Below the pieces are notes generated by a model. That model had not been told where the DNA came from. It made no database searches and worked only from the letters and a program-made list of their open reading frames with translations. 52,385 bases of DNA, taken from positions 1-52,385 of the forward strand of contig NIVC01001439.1 in NCBI GenBank assembly GCA_002269645.1. Direction: 5' to 3'. This DNA comes from Macrostomum lignano (lineage: Eukaryota). Positions within the stretch are counted from its first letter, which is position 1. The number at the start of each line of letters is the position of its first letter. The position numbers and the translations under genes are program-made. This document shows positions 12,906-24,638 of the stretch, piece after piece.

Positions 12906-14056
12906 CATATCTGCTTTGCTCTTGACTCACCTCCATCCATTGCAATATTACAATATTATTGCAATTCCTCTGGATAAATGAACTCACCGCAACCATCATC
13001 CATCTGATCCCAAGCTGCATTACCAATCTCACCTCATATTTTCACAGCCTAATATTTTTTCTCTGCCCTCTTCCTGCCTCTCGAACTCGGCCTCTCCCCA
13101 GCTCAAGCCACTCGAGCTGGTTGCCCAGCGACTGGCCAATGCGTTTTAGCGAAATGTAATAAAGGAAGGAGAAGGGGAGAGCTGAGTGGATGCATGACTG
13201 ACTGATTTCTGAGCCACCTTCCTCTCTCGTTCTCTCACCCCATCTGCAGGTTGTTGCCCTCTTTCCTCTCCTTACCGCGGCTGAAACCTTCCTGAAGCCA
13301 GCTGTACACAAAGACCAGATTTTCTGACTCAGACATGCAGCAGATTGACACATATTGTTAAGTCGAATCGAGTTTTGCGAATTTGGTCGCACCAAGAACC
13401 TGGGCTGCAATATTTAAAAAACCCTTACTTAAACAGTTCCTCTTTAAGCTATAACAAAAAATAATCTACAAATAATTTTGCAGTTCCTCCGAGCTATGAA
13501 CAAAATATTCAGATCTATGAAAGCAGCTCTGCTGCCTCTCCAGGATCTCCCTGTCTGAGAACTCGCTGTCCTCACAATTTCCAGCTGCTCCCCGCTCCAT
13601 CTCATCCCCTAACCTCCCCTTTTCTCCCTCGGCAAGGCGCAACACGGGTGAGGCGCTCCTAAAATCCCCCCTCCCGTGGCGCGGCTGTAGCGAAAGAGCT
13701 CGCAGGAAAAATGGAAATCTGAGTGGGAGAGCGAGGCGAAGGAGTGAAGAGTGAAGCAGAGAGGGAGAGGGGATCGAGGCGGGATTTGACTTGAAGAAGG
13801 GGAAGCAAGCTGCGTCATCGTTTGCGAGAGAGGGAGAGACGAGAGTGCAGATGTTTAGAGAAAATGAATTTCAGCTGCGCAGTGGCTTCATCATGTTTCA
13901 CTCAGCATTGGGGCTTTGATGGGGCGGAGAAGCTGAGGCGCGTGCTGATCCGGTGGCACTCGGAAAAATTAATAACCAACTGTGTGCGGATAGAGCACTA
14001 ATTATTCCCCTGCGATGCTCCGGACTCAACAGGAAGAGGGGGGAGCTGAACCAATC

Positions 14057-15001
<945 letters not shown>

Positions 15002-15113
15002 AATCCAGTAACCATCATCTACTACTGAAATTGTCAATAGCATGGAGTCAGTAGTGCGTCAAGCTCTGGAGCTCTGGGCTTGTGGTTGAAGCCGGCTGGG
15101 AGGACTCACTCAC

Positions 15114-15196
15114 CCCTGGGAGGATGCGGCTACCGTGCAACAGGCTCTGGCACTGCTGGGCGCTCTCCGGCTGGCTGTAGGTGAGAAAGGCGCAGC
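15114..15196 (-). CDS. CELF: CELF/Bruno-like RNA-binding protein, coding exon 2 (GCAFLTYSQPESAQQCQSLLHGSRILPG)
   Basis: 83-nt exon with TTTCAG acceptor and GTGAGT donor. Carries the RNP1 motif (RG)CAFLTY and the LH...LPG pattern of CELF RRM1. Joins exon 1 in phase 1. Not in the ORF track; found by manual translation. Confidence 0.92.
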
Positions 15197-15913
15197 CTGA
15201 AATTCCGGTGGTCAAAGAAAAATCTTCACAAAATTATTTTGGGCGTAAGAAATATCGCTCGAGAGGGGGTTGGTGGAAGACCAGATTCTAGGGGGCGGAG
15301 GACCAGCAATGGAGGGCGGAAGACCAACATTGGAGGGCGGAAGACCGATTTCTCAGAACAATAGTTTTGCAGCCACAATAGCTTCGGACGTCATTGCTAA
15401 AATAGATCATTGAAAAATCGAACACTAATTTTAGCTAGCTGGCTTGCATAAAATTTTCTTCTAAAAGTGGAAAGCTGGATGGATTAGTACCCTAGCCTGA
15501 ATTGTTTGACCCAGACATAGGAAAATTGCTTGAAAGGCTTGTAATAAAGTTTTTGGAGTAATGACGGCTATGACTTTGCGGCCGCAAAGGGTTCATCATG
15601 CGGTACGATTGTCATGGGTTAGAATTTTATCTACACACACTGGTACAGATCGCGGACAATGAAACCAGACACAGTTCTGTACAGCGCTGCTAGGGCCCGC
15701 AGTTGCACAGACTGCAATAATAGGACGTATCGATCATGTCCTTGGCATCAAGTTTAAAGTGGAAGAGAACTGGTTATACGCGATGATTACTTTCCGCTGT
15801 GTCTGTCGCTCAGCCACTCTCTCTCTCCGCTCATTCGATCCAATGTTGACACAACTCCATTCAGCCCCGTATCCTGCGTCTCGTGTTTGCCTGGGGTCTG
15901 CGACAGTTTCTGA

Positions 15914-16643
15914 AACAGTCCCGTAGCCTGGCTGGGACTGCTATGCCCTGCATCATGTCCAGACATGCAGTCAGCAACAGTCCCGTAGCCTGGTTGGGAC
16001 TGCTATGCCCTGCATCATGTCCAGCCATGCAGTCAGCAACAGTCCCGTAGCCTGGTTGGGACTGCTATGCCCTGCATCATGTCCAGACATGCAGTCAGCA
16101 ACAATCCCGTAGCCTGGCTGGGACTGCTATGCCCTGCATCATGTCCAGACATGCAGTCAGCAACAGTCCCGTAGCCTGGTTGGGACTGCTATGTTCTGCA
16201 TCAAGTCCAGCCATGCAGTCAGCAACAGTCCCGTAGCCTGGTTGGGACTGCTATGTTCTGCAGCAAGTCCAGACATGCAGTCAGCAACAGTCCCGTAGCC
16301 TGGTTGGGACTGCTATGCTCTGCAGCAAGTCCAGACATGCAGTCAGCAACAGTCCCGTAGCCTGGCTGGGACTGCTATGTTCTGCATCATATCCAGCCAT
16401 GCAGTCAGCAACAGTCCCGTAGCCTGGTTGGGACTGCTATGTTCTGCATCATGTCCAGCCATGCAGTCAGCAACAGTCCCGTAGCCTGGCTGGGACTGCT
16501 ATGCTCTGCATCATGTCCAGCCATGCAGTCAGCAACAGTCCCGTAGCCTGACTGGGACTGCTATGTTCTGCATCATGTCCAGCCATGCAGTCAGCAACAG
16601 TCCCGTAGCCTGGCTGGGACTGCTATGTTCTGCAGCAAGTCCA
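15914..16643. repeat. 62-bp tandem repeat, about 12 copies, each unit containing two inverted repeats
   Basis: Unit AACAGTCCCGTAGCCTGG[C/T]TGGGACTGCTATG..CTGCATCATGTCCAG[A/C]CATGCAGTCAGC; starts at 15914 and 15976. Confidence 0.95.
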
Positions 16644-17436
16644 GTCTGCTCGAATATCCCATGCATTGACAGCTCTTCATTAGTCATTTGCGGATTCATT
16701 ATCAGTCATTTTTTTCAAACATTTGTTTCATTAAGCGCCTCTTGTCAGGAATCTGGGAATGAATTTGAACGGATTCAGTAATTCGAAGATTCTATATTTA
16801 AGCATAAACGGAGGCATATACGAGCTATGTAGATAGCAGCTGTTCAAAAACACTCTCCAGATGTCGCTGTAAGCCTCTCAGCTCTGAGTGTCCATTATAG
16901 TAACTCAACAGATGACATCTGCGATTATCGAAGCCCCCCACCCACAGAGGAAGAAGTGTGAAGGTAAGGGGTAAAAGGAAGGGCAAGAAGGATGGGGACT
17001 TGACCCCTAGGGGGAGTGGGAAGCGGGCACGCAGCGGTGTGTGCTGATATTGAATATTCATGAGCTGGGCAGCGGGCAGCGGACATAGAAAGAGATCAGC
17101 GCGCCTGCAGGGAAAGCGTCTAATATGGGCGCGCAAGCATTATCACCTCGCTCACGAAACCGTAAGTCCACCATGCATAGCCAAATACAGCTCTGGAACT
17201 CCCACGGGCATTTCTGTCTATATAGGCGAGTGTGGAATTGAGCTATAAAAGGCTTTTCGAGCTTGTGAAACACCCCTCGTCGTCCCTCAAGCAGGCAGTC
17301 TGGAAAGCAGCACAGATCAAGGATGCAAAATAAACTGAGCAGGGTTAAATTGGCTTCGAGGTCTGTTGCAACTATTCCAGCCCCCAAAAAATCGATGACA
17401 AGCCCGAATGGTGCATTTTTTGAAAACTGAATCAAT

Positions 17437-17745
17437 TTAATAACAATAACAACAACAAAAATATGCTGTCAAGGTCTTTAGAAAGCAACGTGACAAGGCG
17501 CGTCTCTGGGCCAAGTCGAGAGTAAAAGCCACGCCGCCGACTGAATCCGGGGCGCCGACGTCAGCCAGCAGGCAGTCGACGAAACGCCGAGTGCACGCCT
17601 GTCCCCGATGGTAGGGTGCTTGCAGCGTCAGCAGCAGCACCTCCTGCACCGTCTGTGGGCAGTACGACTCGGCGGGAATGATGTGGCCTGCCAGCTGGAG
17701 TCGCCGACAGCGCAACAGGTGGCTTAGCCGGACCAGGCCGGCGCG
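17437..17745 (-). mobile_element. 3' fragment of an RTE-like non-LTR retrotransposon
   Basis: Translates as LSHLLRCRRLQLAGHIIPAESYCPQTVQEVLLLTLQAPYHRGQACTRRFVDCLLAD, resembling the RRL..AGH C-terminal motif of RTE ORF2. Followed by a (TTG/TTA)n tail. A related copy lies at 43416-43640. Confidence 0.7.
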
Positions 17746-18398
17746 GTATTCGTATATTATATGGTGTTCATGAACTCAGTTACTAAGACTACTGCTGAGC
17801 TTAGCTATTTATCTATCAATTGCAACGCGATCTGAAAATCTGCAAATTTAAAGAACATATATTTATAGGCTACAATTCATCTCCGCCGATGTCTGTAGAC
17901 GTACCGGTCGTCGATGGACCTTTCTGGCAAATGGGTATTTTTACACTACGCTGATAGATGATGACGTTATTCTTGACGTCGGATTGCTGCACAGTCAAGA
18001 AATAGAGGGTCTGATTAAAAGCCACGATGGGCAAGAGAAGCAAAACGATTCTAAAAACAAAAATAGACTTGGGCAGATTGGTCAACCATTCTGTTCCTTC
18101 ATCCATCGATTCCGGTCGACGCTCCATCGAAGGACTGAACCTCCAAAAACGGGGGTCTTTTAGGATATACTGGGTAGTTACTGACAGCTTATTGAAATAC
18201 GTTTCTAACCCCAATTGAATCGCCGTGAGTCCGTCAGTTGGTATTACAGGATAAAATTGTATTGAGCACTGTTGTACGAGCGTAGCTTTGCTCGACATAG
18301 ACAGAGACTCGACAGAAACACAAATTAAATATCGTTACAAATCCCATAAAAAGTACACGCTCGTACATTACTTTGATACCTTATATGCAGGTTCTCAC

Positions 18399-18612
18399 CT
18401 CTGTGCAGACCACTGCGTCGGTCCTTCAGAACAGTCAGCTCCACTATGTGGCCAAACTCTTCAAACATCGGCAGTAAATCCGACTCGGTCATCGTCCTAG
18501 GAATCTGCCCGATGAACAGCTTCAGTTGCTGTTGCTGTTGTTGCTGCTTCCCAGTCGCCTGGCAAGAGACAACTGGCTCCTGTTGCTGCTGTTGACTAAG
18601 ACCGGCAACCAT
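18399..18612 (-). CDS. CELF: CELF/Bruno-like RNA-binding protein, coding exon 1 (poly-Q N-terminus and start of RRM1)
   Basis: MVAG...[43 protein letters not shown] contains RNP2 (KLFIGQIP) typical of CELF3-6/bru3. GTGAG donor at 18398. Confidence 0.93.
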
Positions 18613-18631
18613 TGCTGGAGAGTAGCTAGCT

Positions 18632-18925
18632 GCTCTTCCAGGGACTGAGTCTAGACCGATGTGTCTCCAAGCTGCTCTGCCAGGGACTGAGTCTAGACCG
18701 ATGTGTCTCCAAGCTGCTCTGCCAGGGACTGAGTCTAGACCGATGTGTCTCCAAGCTGCTCTGCCAGGGACTGAGTCTAGACCGATGTGTCACCAAGCTG
18801 CTCTGCCAGGGACTGAGTCTAGACCGATGTGCCTCCAAGCTGCTCTGCCAGGGACTGAGTCTAGACCGATGTGCCTCCAAGCTGCTCTGCCAGGGACTGA
18901 GTCTAGACCGATGTGCCTCCAAAGC
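18632..18925. repeat. 42-bp tandem repeat, about 7 copies (GCTCTGCCAGGGACTGAGTCTAGACCGATGTG[T/C]CTCCAAGCT)
   Basis: Tandem units starting about 20 nt upstream of the CELF ATG. Confidence 0.93.
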
Positions 18926-19837
18926 TGCTCTCAGCTCCGATGGGAGGCTGCAGAAAAGAATCGCGCCTAGCCGGCTTCCAACAGGTTTAGCCAGCCCCAG
19001 CTCTGTAGTAAGGATTGGAGAGGATTGGTTCCGAGGGTTTAGCACTCAAGAGGGTCTAGGCAGTGCAGCAGAGCCATACAGTGTAAAGCACAAAGTAATA
19101 TAATAATTCTCCTCAAAGCAGTCGGCACCAATTCAACTTTAGTGCTCAAGTCATCAAGCTATTACATGTACAAACTCAAGGAAATATGATCAAATAGGAT
19201 TTTAGATTTAGCTAGCAATCAGCGCCCTCCACGTCTGGGATAATTTTTCTTGAATAAACTACATGTAGCTTCTGACGTCTTAGCCTTGACATCTCAGCAA
19301 TTACCCCCGTAAGCAGGAATGTTTTTGAATAAACTACATGTATCTTCCCTATTGCTAGTGTTTCAAGGAATTTTTATGTTTAAAGCACAAATAAAGCGTC
19401 AGCCCTGCAAGCCAGCATAACCCCAAAATGGACTACTTAAGTAGACGACGCTTATAAAAGACACTTTAGTAGTCCGTGAACTCTAATTCTTACTCTCCTT
19501 TTGATGCTCACAGACAATTTCTATAAAAGCATAGATTATTACACTGGAAAAAATCGAGATAGAGTCAGTTATTTCTTCTGCAAGTTTACAACACTAATGC
19601 ATTACATTTTTAGCGACAGAACTTTTTTAGCGAAGCACGCTACTGGTAGTAGTATAGGCAGGAAAGTGCAGCTATTTAAGTTATTTAAATACCAAAGTAC
19701 CGGTCCTTAATTTCACATTTTGTTTTTTGTTTGCTAAATTGTTACTCCTAGCACTAATTGGTAAATTTTTGAACAGCACTTTATAAAATAAATCAATAAA
19801 ATAAGAAAAATATTTAATTTAAGCAGCATACACATAT

Positions 19838-19843
19838 TTTATT
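19838..19843 (-). terminator. Putative polyadenylation signal (AATAAA) of the GNGY-rich gene
   Basis: AATAAA on the minus strand about 124 nt after the stop codon. AT-rich context, so it could be chance. Confidence 0.45.
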
Positions 19844-19966
19844 TAGATATAGTTGTACTAACAAAACAAACTTCAAACTACACTCTCCCAACAAAATGCT
19901 CACTCCAGAGTTACAACACGGTGGTGAATTTCTTAGAAAAAAGAAGCCAGATGAGAACAGCCTTCC

Positions 19967-20374
19967 TCAGTACTTGGCCTGATTGCCGTAGCCGTAGTTG
20001 TAGTACCGATCGACCACCTGCGGCTTGCCGTGTTTGTCGTATTCCTCGACCTTGACCTCCTGGTAAGATATTTTGGCCGGCACCTTCTTGATCTTATAGC
20101 CGTTTCCATAGCCGTTGCCATATCCGTTGCCATAGCCGTTGCCATAGCCGCCGTTGCCATAGCCGTTGCCATATCCGTTGCCATAGCCGTTGCCATAGCC
20201 GTTGCCATAGCCAGTGCCATAGCCATTGCCATTGCCGTTTCCATAATCGTTGCCATAGTCGTTGTCATAGTTGCCATACTGACTTCCTCCCTTGTAATCG
20301 TCATAATTAACAGGCGCCGCATTCACCAGCCCGAGGCACAAGGCCAAGCAGATTGCTACCCGAGCGGTCAACAT
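19967..20374 (-). CDS. Secreted Gly/Tyr/Asn-rich (GNGY)n protein, 135 aa; eggshell/structural-protein-like
   Basis: True ATG. Hydrophobic signal peptide [19 protein letters not shown]. About 12 GNGY-type repeats with synonymous third-base variation, and a non-repetitive Lys/Tyr-rich tail. Upstream TATA box and downstream AATAAA. Confidence 0.85.
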   Translation of the reverse strand: MLTARVAICLALCLGLVNAAPVNYDDYKGGSQYGNYDNDYGNDYGNGNGNGYGTGYGNGYGNGYGNGYGNGYGNGGYGNGYGNGYGNGYGNGYKIKKVPAKISYQEVKVEEYDKHGKPQVVDRYYNYGYGNQAKY

Positions 20375-20466
20375 TCTAAACGCAATGTAACGTAAAGATG
20401 AAAGGTCTGGCCGTTATGCTGAATACTGAATGTCTAGTACAGAAAAATTCCAGCAAGATGGGCTCA

Positions 20467-20474
20467 TTTTTATA
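20467..20474 (-). promoter_or_regulatory. Putative TATA box (TATAAAAA) of the GNGY-rich gene
   Basis: Consensus TATA about 93 nt upstream of the ATG on the same strand. Confidence 0.55.
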
Positions 20475-22162
20475 CGTTTTCACTAGCCTAGGCCTTTCAG
20501 GCTGAGCAAAACGCGATGACTCACCCAATCCTGCAAATTTAATTTGATTTGACTAACTTGGCGCCTAGTACTATAATTAACAAGTGGGGTTGGTTTCGTT
20601 AGTTTGAGGCTGTTTAAAAACCTTTCAGCCAATCAGGGAGCAGGTTTGGCGCAGGGCTAGGGCAGAAGGGGGTAAAGGGGGTTAGAAAATGTGTTCAAAA
20701 CCCCAGACCCTGACCTAGCGCACACCCCATTTTCTCTCGCCCTTCCAGCCAATCTGGCACTATCTGGTTTAGCCTGGATCGGCTAGAGGTCACTTAGAAG
20801 AGGTTAGACCAAGGCTTTTGCAGTATGTCACACTGTTTAAAATGAAAAAATAAATACTCGTAAATTAGTATATAATTTTGTCCGTAATTGTATAAGAAAA
20901 ATAGGTAGAACCAGTGCACCTTAACGAGACGATTAAACCATACAGTATAGTGAGTTTTAGTCAACCTTTTCCCGTCCCAGAGCTCTCAAGGTTTTTTATT
21001 TTGCCAAGTCTGGGTGTGAACCCATCTTTTTAAGATGCAACTAGCAGGGAAACTGTCTGTCAGCATCCAAAAAGTTAATTATTTCTCGCCTTTTGTATGG
21101 TTAGGCAATTTAAATCAAGTAATTATCTCGCCAGTGGAGGCGCACAGGCTATGTACCTCTTGATCTCTTATCAGATTATAGGCTCTGATGCAATCATTAA
21201 AATTGGTTGTGGAGTCTCTCGCTGCGCGCACGTATAAACAAATCTGGCTCGGATTAAAACAGTTTTTCGAATAGGTAATCCCTTCAGCAATGAGTCGGAG
21301 CTTATTAAAAATATATGTATCGATTCAGGCACATTTGACATCTTTTGGTGAAGAAACGGTGAAAATCGGTTGAGCCATTCAGGAGATAATCTGTTACAAA
21401 CATACAAGATTGTCAAAGAGAATGCCAACTTCAACAGTTCCCTTCCTCGTTAGCCCAAAGGAAGAGACCTGGAGGGGACGTCTCAACGTTTCTATTCGAC
21501 TGATCAGACAAGTAATGGATTGCAGTCAGTTTTAACAGGGCTTAACACCCGGCTTTACAATCGGGTAGCAATTACTGGCCTAATTAGCATTCTCTTCAAC
21601 GCATTACAGCCTGTCTATATCATAGTCGAAGTGCTGCCTGACAGCTGCTTAAAATTGCATAGCAAACTCTCAGCAAACAGCGCGGCTACTATTTAGTGAG
21701 CGTCTCGGAGCACTCTGTCCAACTCGAGCTTTGATGCTCGCTCGATCAATAATTAAAAGCACAAACCAAGCGCGCGGCACTCTGATTCTGTCGATAAGAA
21801 ACGAAGAAAACAAGCTTTTCTCTGTTCGTTTCTTCTTCAAGTGCGCAACAACAGGGCGTGGGGGTTCATTAACACAGCGGAGTCTCTTTGGCAGCTGCTG
21901 CATTTTCAAGCAACCCCTGAAAGAGGGACTAAATGAAGAACCGGAAAAACTGGAGGGACTGCGCTCATCTGCTTTGAGCGAGCGATCATTGAGCAGACCA
22001 ATAGTAGTGGGGGCTTATCTTTGTAAGCCCAGTCTTGCGGACTGTGTAATGTATATAATATCTGGTGCATGTTGCCGGATTTTAAGGTAGTACGAGCTAA
22101 AACACATCATTGCCTTTCTTGTGTAAAATGAGAAATCTGCACTCGGTAAGTTTGAGAAGGGC

Positions 22163-23750
22163 GTAGCGACTGAAGCATCAGAGAGTAGCGACTGAAGCAT
22201 CAGAGGGTAGCGACTGAAGCATCAGAGAGTAGCGACTGAAGCATCAGAGAGTAGCGACTGAAGCATCAGAGGGTAGCGACTGAAGCATCAGAGAGTAGCG
22301 ACTGAAGCATCAGAGAGTAGCGACTGAAGCATCAGAGAGTAGCGACTGAAGCATCAGAGAGTAGCGACTGAAGCATCAGAGAGTAGCGACTGAAGCATCA
22401 GAGAGTAGCGACTGAAGCATCAGAGAGTAGCGACTGAAGCATCAGAGAGTAGCGACTGAAGCATTAGAGAGTAGCGACTGAAGCATCAGAGAGTAGCGAC
22501 TGAAGCATCAGAGAGTAGCGACTGAAGCATCAGAGAGTAGCGACTGAAGCATCAGAGAGTAGCGACTGAAGCATCAGAGAGTAGCGACTGAAGCATCAGA
22601 GAGTAGCGACTGAAGCATCAGAGAGTAGCGACTGAAGCATCAGAGAGTAGCGACTGAAGCATCAGAGAGTAGCGACTGAAGCATCAGAGAGTAGCGACTG
22701 AAGCATCAGAGAGTAGCGACTGAAGCATCAGAGAGTAGCGACTGAAGCATCAGAGAGTAGCAACTGAAGCATTAGAGAGTAGCGACTGAAGCATCAGAGA
22801 GTAGCGACTGAAGCATCAGAGAGTAGCGACTGAAGCATCAGAGAGTAGCGACTGAAGCATCAGAGAGTAGCGACTGAAGCATCAGAGAGTAGCGACTGAA
22901 GCATCAGAGAGTAGCGACTGAAGCATCAGAGAGTAGCGACTGAAGCATCAGAGAGTAGCGACTGAAGCATCAGAGAGTAGCGACTGAAGCATCAGAGAGT
23001 AGCGACTGAAGCATCAGAGGGTAGCAACTGAAGCATCAGAGGGTAAAAACTGAAGCATCAGAGGGTAGCGACTGAAGCATCAGAGAGTAGCGACTGAAGC
23101 ATCAGAGAGTAGCGACTGAAGCATCAGAGAGTAGCGACTGAAGCATCAGAGAGTAGCAACTGAAGCATCAGAGGGTAACAACTGAAGCATCAGAGGGTAG
23201 CGACTGAAGCATCAGAGAGTAGCGACTGAAGCATCAGAGAGTAGCGACTGAAGCATCAGAGAGTAGCGACTGAAGCATCAGAGAGTAGCGACTGAAGCAT
23301 CAGAGAGTAGCAACTGAAGCATCAGAGGGTAACAACTGAAGCATCAGAGGGTAGCGACTGAAGCATCAGAGGGTAGCGACTGAAGCATCAGAGGGTAGCG
23401 ACTGAAGCATCAGAGGGTAGCGACTGAAGCATCAGAGTAGCGACTGAAGCACCAGAGGGTAGCAACTGAAGCATCAGAGTAGCAACTGAAGCATCAGAGT
23501 AGCAACTGAAGCATCAGAGGGTAGCGACTGAAGAATCAGAGGGTAGCAACTGAAGCATCAGAGGGTAGTGACTGAAGCACCAGAGAGTAGCGACTGAAGC
23601 ATCAGAGATTAGCAACTGAAGCACCAGAGGGTAGCAACTGAAGCATCAGAGAGTGGCGACTGAAGCATCAGAGTAGCGACTGAAGCACCAGAGGGTAGCA
23701 ACTGAAGCATCAGAGTAGCGACTGAAGCATCAGAGGGTGGCGACTGAAGA
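22163..23750. repeat. 22-bp tandem minisatellite, about 72 copies (GTAGCGACTGAAGCATCAGAGA)
   Basis: Period of 22 (TGAAGC at 22501 and 22523). Homogeneous on the left, diverged on the right. Confidence 0.97.
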
Positions 23751-24325
23751 ACCGGTAGGGGAGAGTAGAACCCACTAACTAACCACAAGCTCTGTTGATC
23801 AATCATAATTTTTCATTGCTAAAAAATCAAAAAGGGCTTTTGGCATCATGCACTGTCCCAAGGTTTCTATAGAACATAATTCAATATTCATTTCCATATA
23901 GGCTATTGAGCGGTCTCAATGATAATGCAAAGCAGTAAGCTTTTCTACCGGGCCGTCAGCTCTATAACTTTATTTATGATTGGCATTAAATCCACCATAT
24001 ATAGTTCGCTCGTAACCCGCCGCTCTTAGTGGTACTTTATGTTATTGAGCTCCATCTGGGAAAACGAGGTGCATAGAGTGGCATGGATGCCAGCCAGGGC
24101 TTGAAGCGCTTGTGCATTAATTCTACGTGGAAATTTGTTTGCACAACTAAAACGAAATATTTTGAATTGAGTTTGCATTTGCTCAGAAATTCTCTGATAG
24201 AAATACGAGTACTACCCAATGCAACACTTGCAGGCATCGTTCGCTTGACTTAAGCTTAATTCATCTTTTTGGGAAGCATATGTATTGTAGAAATGGGATT
24301 TCTGGTCTCGTAGGAGGACCTTACA

Positions 24326-24584
24326 GAGGTGGTAGCGGTAGCTGTCACTGCAAGACCGGAGGTGGTAGCGGTAGCTGTCACTGCAAGACCGGAGGTGGTA
24401 GCGGTAGCTGTCACTGCAGGACCGGAGGTGGTAGCGGTAGCTGTCACTGCAGGACCGGAGGTGGTAGCGGTAGCTGTCACTGCAGGACCGGAGGTGGTAG
24501 CGGTAGCTGTCACTGCAGAACCAGAGGTGGTAGCGGTAGCTGTCACTGCAGAACCAGAGGTGGTAGCGGTAGCTGTCACTGCAG
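24326..24584. repeat. 33-bp tandem repeat, about 8 copies (ACCGGAGGTGGTAGCGGTAGCTGTCACTGCAGG)
   Basis: Tandem units ending about 55 nt upstream of the GRD-like ATG. Confidence 0.93.
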
Positions 24585-24638
24585 TAGGTAAAGAAGTCCG
24601 TAAAAGGCAATCCATCCTTTCTGGACCCTCCACAGAGC

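Noticed and set aside
15470-15620. GGATTAGTACCC (rRNA-like) and a perfect 16-bp palindrome CTTTGCGGCCGCAAAG at 15574-15589
   Set aside because: The rRNA resemblance is about 12 nt and does not extend. An isolated palindrome has no supporting context.
17870-18298. 142-aa ORF in CELF intron 1
   Set aside because: No recognisable domain, and AT-rich codons unlike the real genes here.
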